From NCBI GenBank assembly GCA_963837395.1, contig CAWINI010000003.1:846000-909999 (forward strand): a DNA stretch of 64,000 nt, in the 5' to 3' direction. Under the pieces are notes generated by a model. That model saw nothing but the letters and a program-made list of their open reading frames with translations. It did not search any database and had not been told where the DNA came from. Positions 28,695 through 38,833 of this stretch are shown here, in pieces. The DNA comes from an uncultured bacterium. GTDB taxonomy: Bacteria > Acidobacteriota > HRBIN11 > JAKEFK01. The stretch's first letter is position 1. Each line of letters starts with the position of its first letter. Both the position numbers and the translations under genes were made by a program.

Positions 28695-29392
28695 ATCCTT
28701 TGGAGCGATAAAGATTGAGGATCAATTCGCAAAAGATAAAATAGTATACCTATAATCAGACCTAAAACACGGCGAAATCCTGGTAAATAAAAAAGAACTA
28801 AAAGAAGGATAAAACCATAAGGTCGCATCTTCGCATAGGCTTCTGACCAGGAGTGCGGCAATATTCCTTCCAGAACTCCGCTTCCATCCAGTGGATGAAT
28901 TGGCAGCATGTTGAATACTGCGAGCATCAAATTCACAAGAATACCCACAGCGAAGACGTAACAAAATAGTAATGGAATCCTTGTGGCCATTGTTATTTCC
29001 ACGGTAGATGTTTTCGGAGCAAACGAATTTGCGATATGCCACAAAACAGCCAGGGCCGCGACACTCAACAAGTTACTTATCGGTCCGGCTCCGCTAACAA
29101 ACATTCCCGCTCTTTTGGGGTTTTCGAAATTGGCGGAATTTACCGGTGTTGGCCGCGCCCATCCAATGATTGGAATATTTGATAAAAACACCACAAAAGG
29201 AATGATCACCGTACCAACAATGTCGATATGATTTGCGGGATTCAGCGAAATTCGGTTTTGCAATTTTGCAGTTGGATCTCCAAACTTGAATGCAGTCCAG
29301 GCATGCGAACTTTCATGAACGGCGGCTGAAAGCAAAAAGAACGAATACTGAATTAGAAATTCAACGAAACGAAGCGGTGTTATCTGATCCAT
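28688..29392 (-). CDS. Site-2 protease family (M50) intramembrane zinc metalloprotease
   Basis: HESSHAW HExxH motif in a multi-transmembrane protein. Confidence 0.7.
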   Translation of the reverse strand: MDQITPLRFVEFLIQYSFFLLSAAVHESSHAWTAFKFGDPTAKLQNRISLNPANHIDIVGTVIIPFVVFLSNIPIIGWARPTPVNSANFENPKRAGMFVSGAGPISNLLSVAALAVLWHIANSFAPKTSTVEITMATRIPLLFCYVFAVGILVNLMLAVFNMLPIHPLDGSGVLEGILPHSWSEAYAKMRPYGFILLLVLFYLPGFRRVLGLIIGILFYLLRIDPQSLSLQRIW

Positions 29393-30834
29393 GACAATGC
29401 AGGAAGTTTTACGGGATGTTGTTTCAAATAAAATGATGAAAGCTGAAACATCTGTGATTCTTTTAGATGGTTGCTGATGATTTGGAGTCCTACTGGAAGT
29501 CCATCAGAAGTAAAACCACACGGAATTGAAATCGCAGGCAAGCCTGCTAGATTGATTGTCACGGTGTAAATATCAGATAAATACATCGCCAGTGGATCAT
29601 TTACTTTTTCACCGATCGGAAATGCCGGTGTTGGAGATGTCGGAGTGCAAATCACATCCACATCTTTAAATGCTTGGTTAAAATCTTGTGCAATCATTGA
29701 TCGAACCTTCAACGCTTTCAAATAATAAGCATCATAATAACCGGAACTCAACACAAATGTTCCAAGCATGACTCTACGCTTTACTTCCGCACCGAATCCT
29801 TCATCGCGCGTATTTGCATACATCTCATGCAATGTATGCTGACCTGGCGCGCGATATCCATATTTAACGCCATCGTATCTTGAAAGATTCGATGATGCTT
29901 CCGCAGTTGCGACAACATAATATACGGAAATTGCATATCGTGTGTTTGGCATCGAGATCTTTTTCAGCCGGACTCTTCCTGAAGCTTCCATCCACTTCAA
30001 TGCTTGCTGAACGCCAGATCCAACTTCTGAATTCAAACCTTCCCCGAAATATTCATCAGGAATTCCAACCCGCAGCGGCTGATCAAAATTTAAATCCGAT
30101 GAATAATCAGGCACCACGGCCATTGCGGAAGTTGAATCGAGCGGATCGTGACCTGCGATGACTTGCAACATCAACGCAGCATCTTCGGTTGATCGCGCCA
30201 GTGAGCCGATGCAATCAAGACTCGATCCGAAAGCAACAAGACCATAACGGCTGACGCGTCCGTAGGTTGGCTTAACTCCAATCATTCCGCACAATGATGC
30301 AGGCTGCCTGATAGATCCACCGGTATCAGAACCGAGCCCCGCAAAAGCATAACCACAAGCAACTGCAACAGTGGATCCGCCAGATGATCCTCCAGGTGTG
30401 CATTCAAGTTTCCAGGGATTATGAGTCAGTTGAAATGCCGAATTTTCGGTGCTGGATCCCATCGCAAATTCATCGCAATTCGTTTTGCCCAAAATCACTG
30501 CGCCTGCTTTTTTCAATCGTGCAATGACAGTCGCATCATAAGGTGGAATGTAGCCTTTTAAGATTTTTGATGAGCAAGTTGTCTCGAGATTTTTGGTGGA
30601 AATGTTGTCTTTAATCGCGATTGGAACTCCGGCCAATGGACGATTCAAATCTTTTGCTGCTTCTTTCGCAGAAATCAATGCTCCTTCACGATCAAGCTTC
30701 AGAAACGCACCGGTTTTTGAATCGTATCGATCGATCTTTTCAATCAGTTCGCGGCACACTTCTTCCGGAGTTGTTTCGCGCGAACGATATGCACGCAACA
30801 AATCTGAAATATTTCGTTGAAGTAAATCGGTCAT
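29380..30834 (-). CDS. gatA: Glutamyl-tRNA(Gln) amidotransferase subunit A
   Basis: Amidase signature GGSSGGS, Ser-cis-Ser-Lys triad context. Confidence 0.9.
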   Translation of the reverse strand: MTDLLQRNISDLLRAYRSRETTPEEVCRELIEKIDRYDSKTGAFLKLDREGALISAKEAAKDLNRPLAGVPIAIKDNISTKNLETTCSSKILKGYIPPYDATVIARLKKAGAVILGKTNCDEFAMGSSTENSAFQLTHNPWKLECTPGGSSGGSTVAVACGYAFAGLGSDTGGSIRQPASLCGMIGVKPTYGRVSRYGLVAFGSSLDCIGSLARSTEDAALMLQVIAGHDPLDSTSAMAVVPDYSSDLNFDQPLRVGIPDEYFGEGLNSEVGSGVQQALKWMEASGRVRLKKISMPNTRYAISVYYVVATAEASSNLSRYDGVKYGYRAPGQHTLHEMYANTRDEGFGAEVKRRVMLGTFVLSSGYYDAYYLKALKVRSMIAQDFNQAFKDVDVICTPTSPTPAFPIGEKVNDPLAMYLSDIYTVTINLAGLPAISIPCGFTSDGLPVGLQIISNHLKESQMFQLSSFYLKQHPVKLPALSWIR

Positions 30835-31115
30835 GGAATAATTTTGGGGACTTTGAAGAATTGTTTGTAACGTTCAGGCGCGTTCTTTAATGCTTCTTCT
30901 ACTGTTAAAGATTCACCCGCAATATCCGGACGCGTAGATGATGGAAGAAAAAAACTGAAAGAAAATGTTTCGGCTGTGCCGCTTGCTTCATTTAGTTGTT
31001 CAATGTACTGCAAAATATCACCAAGCTGTTTTACGAAAAGCTCGATTTCCGATTCTTGCAATTCCAACTTCGCAAGCTGCGCGATATGCAGTACCAGATC
31101 ACGATCTATGTTCAT
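30831..31115 (-). CDS. gatC: Glutamyl-tRNA(Gln) amidotransferase subunit C
   Basis: MNIDRDLVLHIAQLAKLEL is typical of GatC. The gene overlaps gatA. Confidence 0.85.
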   Translation of the reverse strand: MNIDRDLVLHIAQLAKLELQESEIELFVKQLGDILQYIEQLNEASGTAETFSFSFFLPSSTRPDIAGESLTVEEALKNAPERYKQFFKVPKIIP

Positions 31116-31178
31116 TGCTTACGATCCTCAATCCCCAATTCTCCATCCTCAATCCCCAATACTCTATCCTCATTTCAT
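31116..31178. repeat. Tandem ATCCTCAATCCCCAAT repeats immediately upstream of gatC
   Basis: Two full copies and one partial copy. On the sense strand they read GATTGAGGAT(N)GAG, the same motif seen upstream of the ECF sigma operon at 15800. Confidence 0.7.
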
Positions 31179-31976
31179 TAATGGCAGAAACCCTTCCCTT
31201 TCGAGCGACCATCCTCCATCCACCACCAGCATATGACCTGTAATGTAACTCGCACAGTCTGACGCAAGATAGCAAATCGCGTTCGCCATTTCATCCGCAG
31301 TGCCGAAGCGTCCGATCGGAATCGCATCCGTTATTTTGTTCCGGATTTCATCATCAGGCCATAAATTTTTGTCGGTTCCTTCGCTTCGAAACGGACCTGG
31401 TGCAATTGTATTCACACGAATGTTGTACTTCGCCCACTCCACTGCCAGCGTGCGGCTCATCACAATTACACCTGCTTTCGCAGAAACAGAATGAACGTTT
31501 CCTGGCTCACCTTGCAACGCTTGTGGATGAACTACGCTGATGATCGATCCTCGTTTCTGTTTGATCATTTGAATTCCTGCAGCGCGCGTGCAATAAAACG
31601 TACCATGTAAAACAATATTCACCACAGCATTCCAACCATTCACTGAAAGATCTTCAGCATGACAAGGGAAATTGCCGGCAGCATTGTTTAACAACACGTC
31701 GATCCTTCCAAATTTATCGACGCATCGCTTTACCATTTCTTCAACGCGATTGGAATCGCGAATATCAACGGCAAATGTTTCTACTGCAGCTCCCGCCTTT
31801 TCAATTTCAGGCGCGGCCTCCTTCAATTTTTCTTCGCGGCGTCCGGCGATCAAAATGCCTGAAGCTCCCAGTTGCGCAAAATGGATTGCTGACGTTTTGC
31901 CGAGGCCGGTACCACCGCCGGTGATGAGAACAACCTGATCTTTGAAAACTTTTTCGCTAAAAATAACGTCCTCCAT
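31170..31976 (-). CDS. Short-chain dehydrogenase/reductase
   Basis: ITGGGTGLGK cofactor-binding site; YxxxK active site. Confidence 0.8.
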   Translation of the reverse strand: MEDVIFSEKVFKDQVVLITGGGTGLGKTSAIHFAQLGASGILIAGRREEKLKEAAPEIEKAGAAVETFAVDIRDSNRVEEMVKRCVDKFGRIDVLLNNAAGNFPCHAEDLSVNGWNAVVNIVLHGTFYCTRAAGIQMIKQKRGSIISVVHPQALQGEPGNVHSVSAKAGVIVMSRTLAVEWAKYNIRVNTIAPGPFRSEGTDKNLWPDDEIRNKITDAIPIGRFGTADEMANAICYLASDCASYITGHMLVVDGGWSLEREGFLPLMK

Positions 31977-32024
31977 ATTTAGCGGGCTGGAAGCCCGCGG
32001 TCCGTAGTTTTCAGTTATTATAGT

Positions 32025-33746
32025 TTGGCAATGAAAAAATTAACTTTATGCTTCCTTTTTATAATCTTTGCCCTTCCCGCATTTTCTGCTGAACCTGATG
32101 CTAAACAAATTTTAGAAAAGTCTCTAGCAGCAATGGGAGGAGTCGAAAACCTGGAAAAAGTGCAAACAAAGACTGGCTCCGCGAAAGTTACAGTTGCGGG
32201 ACTCACCGGCACTTATCACCTTTGGGCCAAATCGCCCGACAAAATGAAAATGCTGCTGGATCTTGGCGTGCTCCAGCAAGAACGTGCATACGATGGAACA
32301 AAGGGCTGGCAAAAACAAACCAACCTTCAGGAATTGGTCGGTGATGATCTTGATAGATTAAAACGCACCGCGAAGTTCAATCCGTTGCTGGATTACTACA
32401 AAAGCGGAACTCCGATGGAACTTAAAGGCAAAGAGAAAATTGATAACGCCGAAGCATATCGCATTGATTTCAAGGTTACTCCTGATTTCACAGAAACATT
32501 CTTTTTTGATACCACCACTTTTCTTCCTGTACGTGAACAACGGCAAGTCACCATTAAAGGCGAAAAACAAGAATTGCGTTTGGATTATGCAGACTACCGC
32601 ACTGTCGATAACATCAAGCTTCCTTATTCAATCATCCAAACGCTTCCTGGTCAGGTGCTTACTTTAAACATGCAGGAGTACACACTAAACGCAGATATCG
32701 CTGAAAATGTTTTTCATAGTCCGGTAGAAGCTCATGAGAACGAGCCATACGATGTAACCCTCGCCACAATTCCGCAAAAAGTTTACAAAGAGAATGATGG
32801 GGTTTTCGAAGAAGGTGCAACCGAGAGCTGGACATTCTATGTGGTGTTGAAAGAAAAATTCAGCCGTCCAGTCGATCTGGTTGCCGGCAAAATCGAATTT
32901 TATTCGGAAGATGAAAAATTAGAGTCGTTTGAACTGTCGGATTCAATGCTTGAAACAATCAGGGGTATTTCATTTGGCGGCTTCAATAACCAGGAAGAAA
33001 TTTTTGATTTACATCATTACTTTTCGCGTCCGATTGCAGAATCTGTAGACAAAATGGTTTACAAGCTGAATCTGGTTACGCCGAAAGGTGAAAAGATTCA
33101 AAAGAGCATCGATATTCCGGTTGAAACTTACGAACAAAAAACAGAATTGCTATTTCCGATCAAAGGGAAATTTATGGTTGGCGGCGGTCACGATTTCAAT
33201 GAGCCTCATAAAGGTGAATGGAGCCAGCATTATGCTTACGATATCATTGGCCTTGGACCGCATTACGATCTGATAAAAACGGATGGAAGTACCAACGAAG
33301 ATTTTTATACTTTTGGAATGGAAATTATTGCGCCTGCAGATGGGAAGGTGACTTTCGCCAGGAATGATGTTCCTGATAACAAAAAGCCTGGAAAGGTTGA
33401 CACTGATGTGTTTATGAAAATGACAGACCCGATTCGTGCATTTCCAGGAAACAATGTGATCATCGATCATGGAAATGGCGAATTTAGTTTTCTTGCTCAC
33501 ATGAAAATGGGATCGGTACGTGTAAAAACTGGGGACACAGTTAAGGCAGGACAGGTAATTGGTCAGCTTGGAAATTCAGGCAATTCCGATGGCCCGCACC
33601 TTCATTATCACTTTATGGCCGGACCTACCGTTTTCAAAAATGACGGGTTGCCATCAAAATTCAAAAACATCGAAATGGATTTGTTGACCGAAGAAACGTT
33701 GAAAATTTCCACACCAAAGCGCGGCCTTTTCCTCGTGGCGAAATGA
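32025..33746 (+). CDS. Secreted M23 (LytM-type) metallopeptidase with an N-terminal LolA-like domain
   Basis: Signal peptide. HYAYDI, DHGNGEFSFLAHM and PHLHYHF are M23 zinc-ligand motifs. Confidence 0.8.
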   Translation: MAMKKLTLCFLFIIFALPAFSAEPDAKQILEKSLAAMGGVENLEKVQTKTGSAKVTVAGLTGTYHLWAKSPDKMKMLLDLGVLQQERAYDGTKGWQKQTNLQELVGDDLDRLKRTAKFNPLLDYYKSGTPMELKGKEKIDNAEAYRIDFKVTPDFTETFFFDTTTFLPVREQRQVTIKGEKQELRLDYADYRTVDNIKLPYSIIQTLPGQVLTLNMQEYTLNADIAENVFHSPVEAHENEPYDVTLATIPQKVYKENDGVFEEGATESWTFYVVLKEKFSRPVDLVAGKIEFYSEDEKLESFELSDSMLETIRGISFGGFNNQEEIFDLHHYFSRPIAESVDKMVYKLNLVTPKGEKIQKSIDIPVETYEQKTELLFPIKGKFMVGGGHDFNEPHKGEWSQHYAYDIIGLGPHYDLIKTDGSTNEDFYTFGMEIIAPADGKVTFARNDVPDNKKPGKVDTDVFMKMTDPIRAFPGNNVIIDHGNGEFSFLAHMKMGSVRVKTGDTVKAGQVIGQLGNSGNSDGPHLHYHFMAGPTVFKNDGLPSKFKNIEMDLLTEETLKISTPKRGLFLVAK

Positions 33747-33815
33747 AAGTGAGCACAAAGCCACAAAATAAGATTTATTGGCCAAATTCCATCGCGAAGG
33801 ACTACAATTAACACC

Positions 33816-34757
33816 ATGAGGTTTTTCAAACTGGTACTTCTGCCAGTTGCGTTTTTCATTCTCATTTATTCTTCGGATTTACCTTCGCAAGAACAGGAAA
33901 TTCCACAAGACAAACTTCCCAATGTAAACGAAGAAGTTGATGTATCACTCGTCAACTTATATGCAACTGTACGAAATGAAAAAGGGCGGCCAGTATACAA
34001 CCTTGGTCAAAGTGATTTCACCCTTTTTGTAAATGGGAAAAAACAAGAAATCTCAAACTTCTCCGCCGACATCACCGAACCTCTGAATATTGTTTTCCTC
34101 CTGGATGTAAGCGGCAGCATGAGGTTGATGGATAAATTTGATACCGCGAAAAATATCATCAGAGCTGTTATATCAAAATTGTCGCCGGATGATGAGGTTG
34201 CTTTAATGATTTTTGCCGACGGCGATGTACAGATGCTGGTGGAGTTTACCAAAGACAAACAAACATTAATTAGTCGAATGGAAAAACTGAAACCTTATGG
34301 CGGTACAGCTCTCCGCGATGCGATTGCTTACAGCCACCGACTGTTGCTTCAACAAATTGGAAAGAAAGGAGTTCTGTTGCTGTCTGATGGATTGGATAAT
34401 CGCAGCGACCTGAATTTGGAACAAGCGATTTCAATTGCAGCAAAGGTGGAAGTTCCGATTTATACGTTTGAATTGATTCGAAGTAAATGGCTTGAACAAG
34501 AACAAAATCATGATGATATTGATATTTTGCCGCTAAAAGTGTTTGCCGAAGCTACTGGCGGACTATATTTTACATTAGAAGAAGCTCAGCCCGAGGATAT
34601 AGACAAGGCTTGTGCTAAGATATTTGAGGATTTGAAGTACCAGTACTATATCGGCTACACGCCGCAAGGGGCAGTCTCTTACGGTAAAGTGGAGCTAAGG
34701 ACAAAAGATCCGAAACATCGAGTGAGAGTGAGATACTCAGTTGTTTCTGGAGGTTAG
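33816..34757 (+). CDS. Secreted von Willebrand factor A domain protein
   Basis: VFLLDVSGSM MIDAS motif. Signal peptide. Confidence 0.7.
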   Translation: MRFFKLVLLPVAFFILIYSSDLPSQEQEIPQDKLPNVNEEVDVSLVNLYATVRNEKGRPVYNLGQSDFTLFVNGKKQEISNFSADITEPLNIVFLLDVSGSMRLMDKFDTAKNIIRAVISKLSPDDEVALMIFADGDVQMLVEFTKDKQTLISRMEKLKPYGGTALRDAIAYSHRLLLQQIGKKGVLLLSDGLDNRSDLNLEQAISIAAKVEVPIYTFELIRSKWLEQEQNHDDIDILPLKVFAEATGGLYFTLEEAQPEDIDKACAKIFEDLKYQYYIGYTPQGAVSYGKVELRTKDPKHRVRVRYSVVSGG

Positions 34758-35385
34758 ATTAATGTTGCGAAAATTGTTGATCCTGATCGCTGTTGTATCA
34801 CTCGCGATGCTTCAAATGGATTGTGCTTCAAAAAAGTCAGTGAAGAAGGAAGTCGATCGAATCGACACAGAGCTGAATGAACTGGGCACCGCCACTGAAG
34901 AGAACCAAACGCGGTTAAAAGAACATGACTCACGTATCACTTCTCATGATCAGAGCATAGGGCAGCTTTCCAAAGAAACACAGGAAGCATTAGCTCGTGC
35001 TCAAAGCGCCGAGAAACTGGCTAAAGGAAAACTTTTATATGAAGTTACCCTTTCTGGTGATGATGTAAAGTTTGGATTTGATCAATCGGATCTGAATGAT
35101 ACAGCTCGTGGCACCCTTGAACAGCTTCTTACCCAGCTAAAAGCGGACAATAAGAATGTTTATATTGAAATTCAAGGTCACACGGATTCATTCGGCAGCG
35201 AAGCTTATAATGAGAAGCTTGGCATGGCTAGAGCAGAAGCCGTTCGGCGTTATCTCTCTGAAAATGGGATTCCGCTTCACCGCATTTCCACAATTAGCTA
35301 TGGCGAAACACGCCCTGTAACCGACAACCGTACAAGAGCAGGACGTGCCAAGAATCGCCGAGTTGTAATCCAGGTATTGGAATAA
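34741..35385 (+). CDS. OmpA-family protein with an N-terminal coiled coil
   Basis: IEIQGHTDSFGSEAYNEKLGMARAEAVRRYL OmpA C-terminal-like motif. Confidence 0.75.
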   Translation: MFLEVRLMLRKLLILIAVVSLAMLQMDCASKKSVKKEVDRIDTELNELGTATEENQTRLKEHDSRITSHDQSIGQLSKETQEALARAQSAEKLAKGKLLYEVTLSGDDVKFGFDQSDLNDTARGTLEQLLTQLKADNKNVYIEIQGHTDSFGSEAYNEKLGMARAEAVRRYLSENGIPLHRISTISYGETRPVTDNRTRAGRAKNRRVVIQVLE

Positions 35386-35458
35386 CAGCATATTTTGGCC
35401 GCCGGATCTCCAACAGGGATCCGGCATCAGCCTTTCACCGCGGAGACGCGCAGAAAAA

Positions 35459-37339
35459 TTAATTGGTTTGCAGCAGTTTGCTGGCAGTCGTCAACAATCT
35501 GACTATTGAGGCTGGCTTTGAAACAAATACTGATCTTGGATCATTGGCCATCGATTTCTTAAAATCATCCTCTGCGTATCCAGAAACGAAAATCACCTTT
35601 AAATTACTTCGCCTCGTTCGTAATTGTTCCGCAAGTTGAAAACCACTCATCCTTGGCATCATTACATCAGTGATTAACAAATCAATGTGATTTTCGTTCT
35701 TATCTACTTCCAGCGCTTCAATTCCATCTGTAGCTGTAATGAGGCGTCCTCCGAGATTTCGAAATGCAATGCTCAGCGCTTGAAGAACCACTTCATTATC
35801 TTCCACCAGTAAAATTGTCCTGCCGCTCATCTCAACTGGTTTCATTTCGGCAGTAATTTCCTTCCGGGTTTTTTGCTCGACTTCAATCGGGAAATCGATG
35901 TTAAATGCACATCCTGAACCTGGAACTGTATCGATCCCAATATTTCCATTCATTTGTTTTACAATTGCGTATACGTTTGAAAGTCCAAGCCCTGTTCCTT
36001 TGCCTTCTTCTTTTGTTGTGAAGAAAGGTTCGAAGCACCGTGCTTTCACATCATCAGTCATCCCCATTCCAGTATCCTCAACGGATAACCTGACAAAAGA
36101 TCCCGCTCCCGTTTCAATTGGCGTGGTGGTAATTTCGAGAGTTCCGCCATCAGGCATTGCGTCTTTAGCATTGACTACCAGATTCATTAAGATCTGCTCT
36201 ATACGGCCGGCATCAGCTTTTACCATCGGCAAATTCTTTCGCAGTTTAAATTCAAGTTTTATATTCTTCTCCAAAAGCAACCGCATAATATTTACAAGAT
36301 TTTCAATGACAGAATTGAGGTTCATCGGCCGCAAGTCCAAAACTTCCTTTCGACTGAACGCCAGGAGTTGCCGTGTCAGTGATGCACTTTTATCTGCTGC
36401 TTCTAACAAACATTGAACGTATTTCAGATTGTCATCACCGGCTGGAAGTTTCGATTGCAATAACTCTGCGTAACCAAAGATCGCCATCATGGTGTTATTA
36501 AAATCGTGAGCCAAACCTCCCGCGAGTTGTCCTACTGCTTCCATTTTTTGTGAATGCCGCAACTCTTCTTCCATGTGTTTGCGATCCGTAATATTGCGGG
36601 CAATGCCCAACATGCCGTGAGATCCTGCTGTCTGTAAAACTGCAAGCGTCAACTCTACATCGACGATTGTTCCATCCAGACGACGCATTTTTAATTCTTG
36701 TGCTGGAGGCTTTTCGCCTTGTAGAAGTGCATTAAAACAGTTACTCAATGCTTCTTTCTGATCAGGAACAAGGATTTCCGCAATGCGTTTTCCTGAAACA
36801 TCGGAAAGCGTGTCCGCACCAAGCAAGCGCAAACCTGCGGGATTCATGAAAACAATTCGGCCGCTGGTTTCCACGAAAATCATGTCAGGCGAAAGCTCAA
36901 CAACGAGGCGATAACGTTCCTGACTCTTCTTGAGATCTTCTTCCGCTTTTAATCGGAGGCTGCGTTCCCTGGTTTCCTTCAGTGCCCTACGGATTGACTG
37001 AGCTAATCGCACCATCCGGTCTTTTAAAACATAATCGGTCGCACCTAATTTGAGTGCCTTGATTGCGTGTTCTACTCCGATTGCGCGTGAATAAAACACA
37101 AAAGGAATCTCCGGATTTTTTTCTCGTGCAATTTTTAAGGCCTCTAAGCCACTGTAGTTCGGCAAAGAGTAATCCGAAATGATGATATGGAATTGTTCTT
37201 TTTTTAATGCAAGCAGAAACTGCTCTTTAGTAGAAACACGCGTGATATCGCAATCAAGATTTTGTTTCTGAAGATGATAGGCAGTTAATTCTGCATCGTG
37301 ATCGCTATCCTCAAGATGCAAAATGCGTATAGATTCCAA
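35459..37339 (-). CDS. Hybrid sensor histidine kinase: REC-PAS-HisKA-HATPase-REC
   Basis: N-terminal and C-terminal receiver domains, an H-box (LAGGLAHDFNN) and G-box motifs. Confidence 0.85.
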   Translation of the reverse strand: MESIRILHLEDSDHDAELTAYHLQKQNLDCDITRVSTKEQFLLALKKEQFHIIISDYSLPNYSGLEALKIAREKNPEIPFVFYSRAIGVEHAIKALKLGATDYVLKDRMVRLAQSIRRALKETRERSLRLKAEEDLKKSQERYRLVVELSPDMIFVETSGRIVFMNPAGLRLLGADTLSDVSGKRIAEILVPDQKEALSNCFNALLQGEKPPAQELKMRRLDGTIVDVELTLAVLQTAGSHGMLGIARNITDRKHMEEELRHSQKMEAVGQLAGGLAHDFNNTMMAIFGYAELLQSKLPAGDDNLKYVQCLLEAADKSASLTRQLLAFSRKEVLDLRPMNLNSVIENLVNIMRLLLEKNIKLEFKLRKNLPMVKADAGRIEQILMNLVVNAKDAMPDGGTLEITTTPIETGAGSFVRLSVEDTGMGMTDDVKARCFEPFFTTKEEGKGTGLGLSNVYAIVKQMNGNIGIDTVPGSGCAFNIDFPIEVEQKTRKEITAEMKPVEMSGRTILLVEDNEVVLQALSIAFRNLGGRLITATDGIEALEVDKNENHIDLLITDVMMPRMSGFQLAEQLRTRRSNLKVIFVSGYAEDDFKKSMANDPRSVFVSKPASIVRLLTTASKLLQTN

Positions 37340-37394
37340 TATATATACCCCCTCCCCTTCTGGTCACCTTACTTACCCCGCCGTAATTATAGCT

Positions 37395-37490
37395 CAGATG
37401 CTGGATGCTAGCTGCTGGATGTTTGGCACGTTCAAAGTCTTATTAAACGGTAACATCGGAGCGCGCCGAGCATCAAGCATCCAGCATCTG
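37395..37490. repeat. Perfect 15-bp inverted repeat (CAGATGCTGGATGCT / AGCATCCAGCATCTG) with a loop of about 65 nt
   Basis: It spans the stop codon of the ornithine cyclodeaminase gene and lies upstream of the hybrid kinase gene. Confidence 0.7.
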
Positions 37491-38459
37491 GCCGGCGTTA
37501 GCCGCGTTTGCTTTTTCAAACGCAAGAGCAGCAATGAACGCATCCTGAACCCCCACTCCGGTTAAATCACAAACTGTGATTTCATCCGCTGATTGGCGTC
37601 CGGGAATAGCGCCGCTAATTACCTGTCCTAGTTCGCCATCGATGTCTTCGCGTTTAAGCAATTCAAGCTTAATGGCATGATGAATTTCACCGAGCTTCAC
37701 GCATTGTTCAATGCTGTCGGCAATTACACGATTTGCTTTTGCCAGAATCTGTGGATCCAATTCCTGTTTATGCGGACCATCCGATCCGAGAGCGGTGATG
37801 TGTGTGCCTGATTGGATCCACGCAGAGTCGATCACTGCTTCACGGCTGGGAGTTGCTGTAATGACAATCTGGCTGCCACGAACTGCATCTCGAACCGTCC
37901 CGGCAGCTGAAAACTCAACATCCACCTTACCTCGCATATCCTCCAGGTATCGTACTATATTTATAGTACGATGATCATAGACCTTTACGCGCTTAAACTT
38001 CCGTACAAATGACAATGCCAGCAGTTGCATGCGGCCTTGCATACCGGCTCCAATGACTGCCACCTGCTGGACTTCCTGGGGCGCAAGATATTTTGATGCG
38101 ACTGCACCCGCAGCGGCTGTTCGAAAATCCGTGAGATAGCCGTTATCCAGCAAAAATGCCAGCGGATATCCTGTTTGAGAATCAAATACCAGCATCATTC
38201 CGCCACTCAGCGGCAACCCTCGTTCTTTGTTCTTATAAAATCCGGATGCAATTTTTACGGTGTATGAAGGTGTTCCTAAAACGTATGCGGCTTTGATGTG
38301 GACTTCTCCTTCGTTTTCAGGCACATCAAGATGAACCACCGGCGGTACCATCGCTTTGCCGGCTGAATATGCGACGAATGCTTTTTCCATTGCAGCAATC
38401 GCTTCAGGATATGTAATCAGATTCCGTATTTCTTGTTCTTTGAAAATTTTAATCGCCAT
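37473..38459 (-). CDS. Ornithine cyclodeaminase / mu-crystallin family protein
   Basis: Rossmann motif VAVIGAGMQGRMQL. Length typical of the family. Confidence 0.8.
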   Translation of the reverse strand: MAIKIFKEQEIRNLITYPEAIAAMEKAFVAYSAGKAMVPPVVHLDVPENEGEVHIKAAYVLGTPSYTVKIASGFYKNKERGLPLSGGMMLVFDSQTGYPLAFLLDNGYLTDFRTAAAGAVASKYLAPQEVQQVAVIGAGMQGRMQLLALSFVRKFKRVKVYDHRTINIVRYLEDMRGKVDVEFSAAGTVRDAVRGSQIVITATPSREAVIDSAWIQSGTHITALGSDGPHKQELDPQILAKANRVIADSIEQCVKLGEIHHAIKLELLKREDIDGELGQVISGAIPGRQSADEITVCDLTGVGVQDAFIAALAFEKANAANAGQMLDA

Positions 38460-38523
38460 ATGATTTCAGAAATATTTGACCACAAAACCACAGAGACGTA
38501 CACAGACTTACTTGACGTAATCC

Positions 38524-38817
38524 GTGCTGATTAGCATATTAGGGTTGGAGAATTATATGTTTCCTAAACTTGATCCCTGCTCTATTTTTGAAGAATTATT
38601 TGCTCCTCATTTGAATGATTGCCGGCGCTGCCAGAGAGCTGTTGATGCCATTGAAGAAGTTGAATGGAAAGGCCAATTTAAATCTTTTTGTCCGTCAGGA
38701 TTGGAGATCATCAATTCACATCTGAAGGAATGTAAAGCCTGCTCCAGCAGCGCATCATTGTATTTACAACAACTAGCCGATGCGTTGATTACGCCCGAAG
38801 GTACGCCAATTCAGTAA
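38524..38817 (+). CDS. Small Cys-rich protein, possibly a zinc-ribbon protein
   Basis: CRRCQ...CPSG...CKAC spacing. Weak evidence. Confidence 0.3.
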   Translation: MLISILGLENYMFPKLDPCSIFEELFAPHLNDCRRCQRAVDAIEEVEWKGQFKSFCPSGLEIINSHLKECKACSSSASLYLQQLADALITPEGTPIQ

Positions 38818-38833
38818 CTCCGTGACTTCGTGG

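Noticed and set aside
37443-37459. TGGCACgttcaAAGT as a third sigma-54 promoter
   Set aside because: The -12 element is AAGT rather than TTGC/GC. It lies inside a hairpin loop and on the wrong strand for both neighbouring genes.
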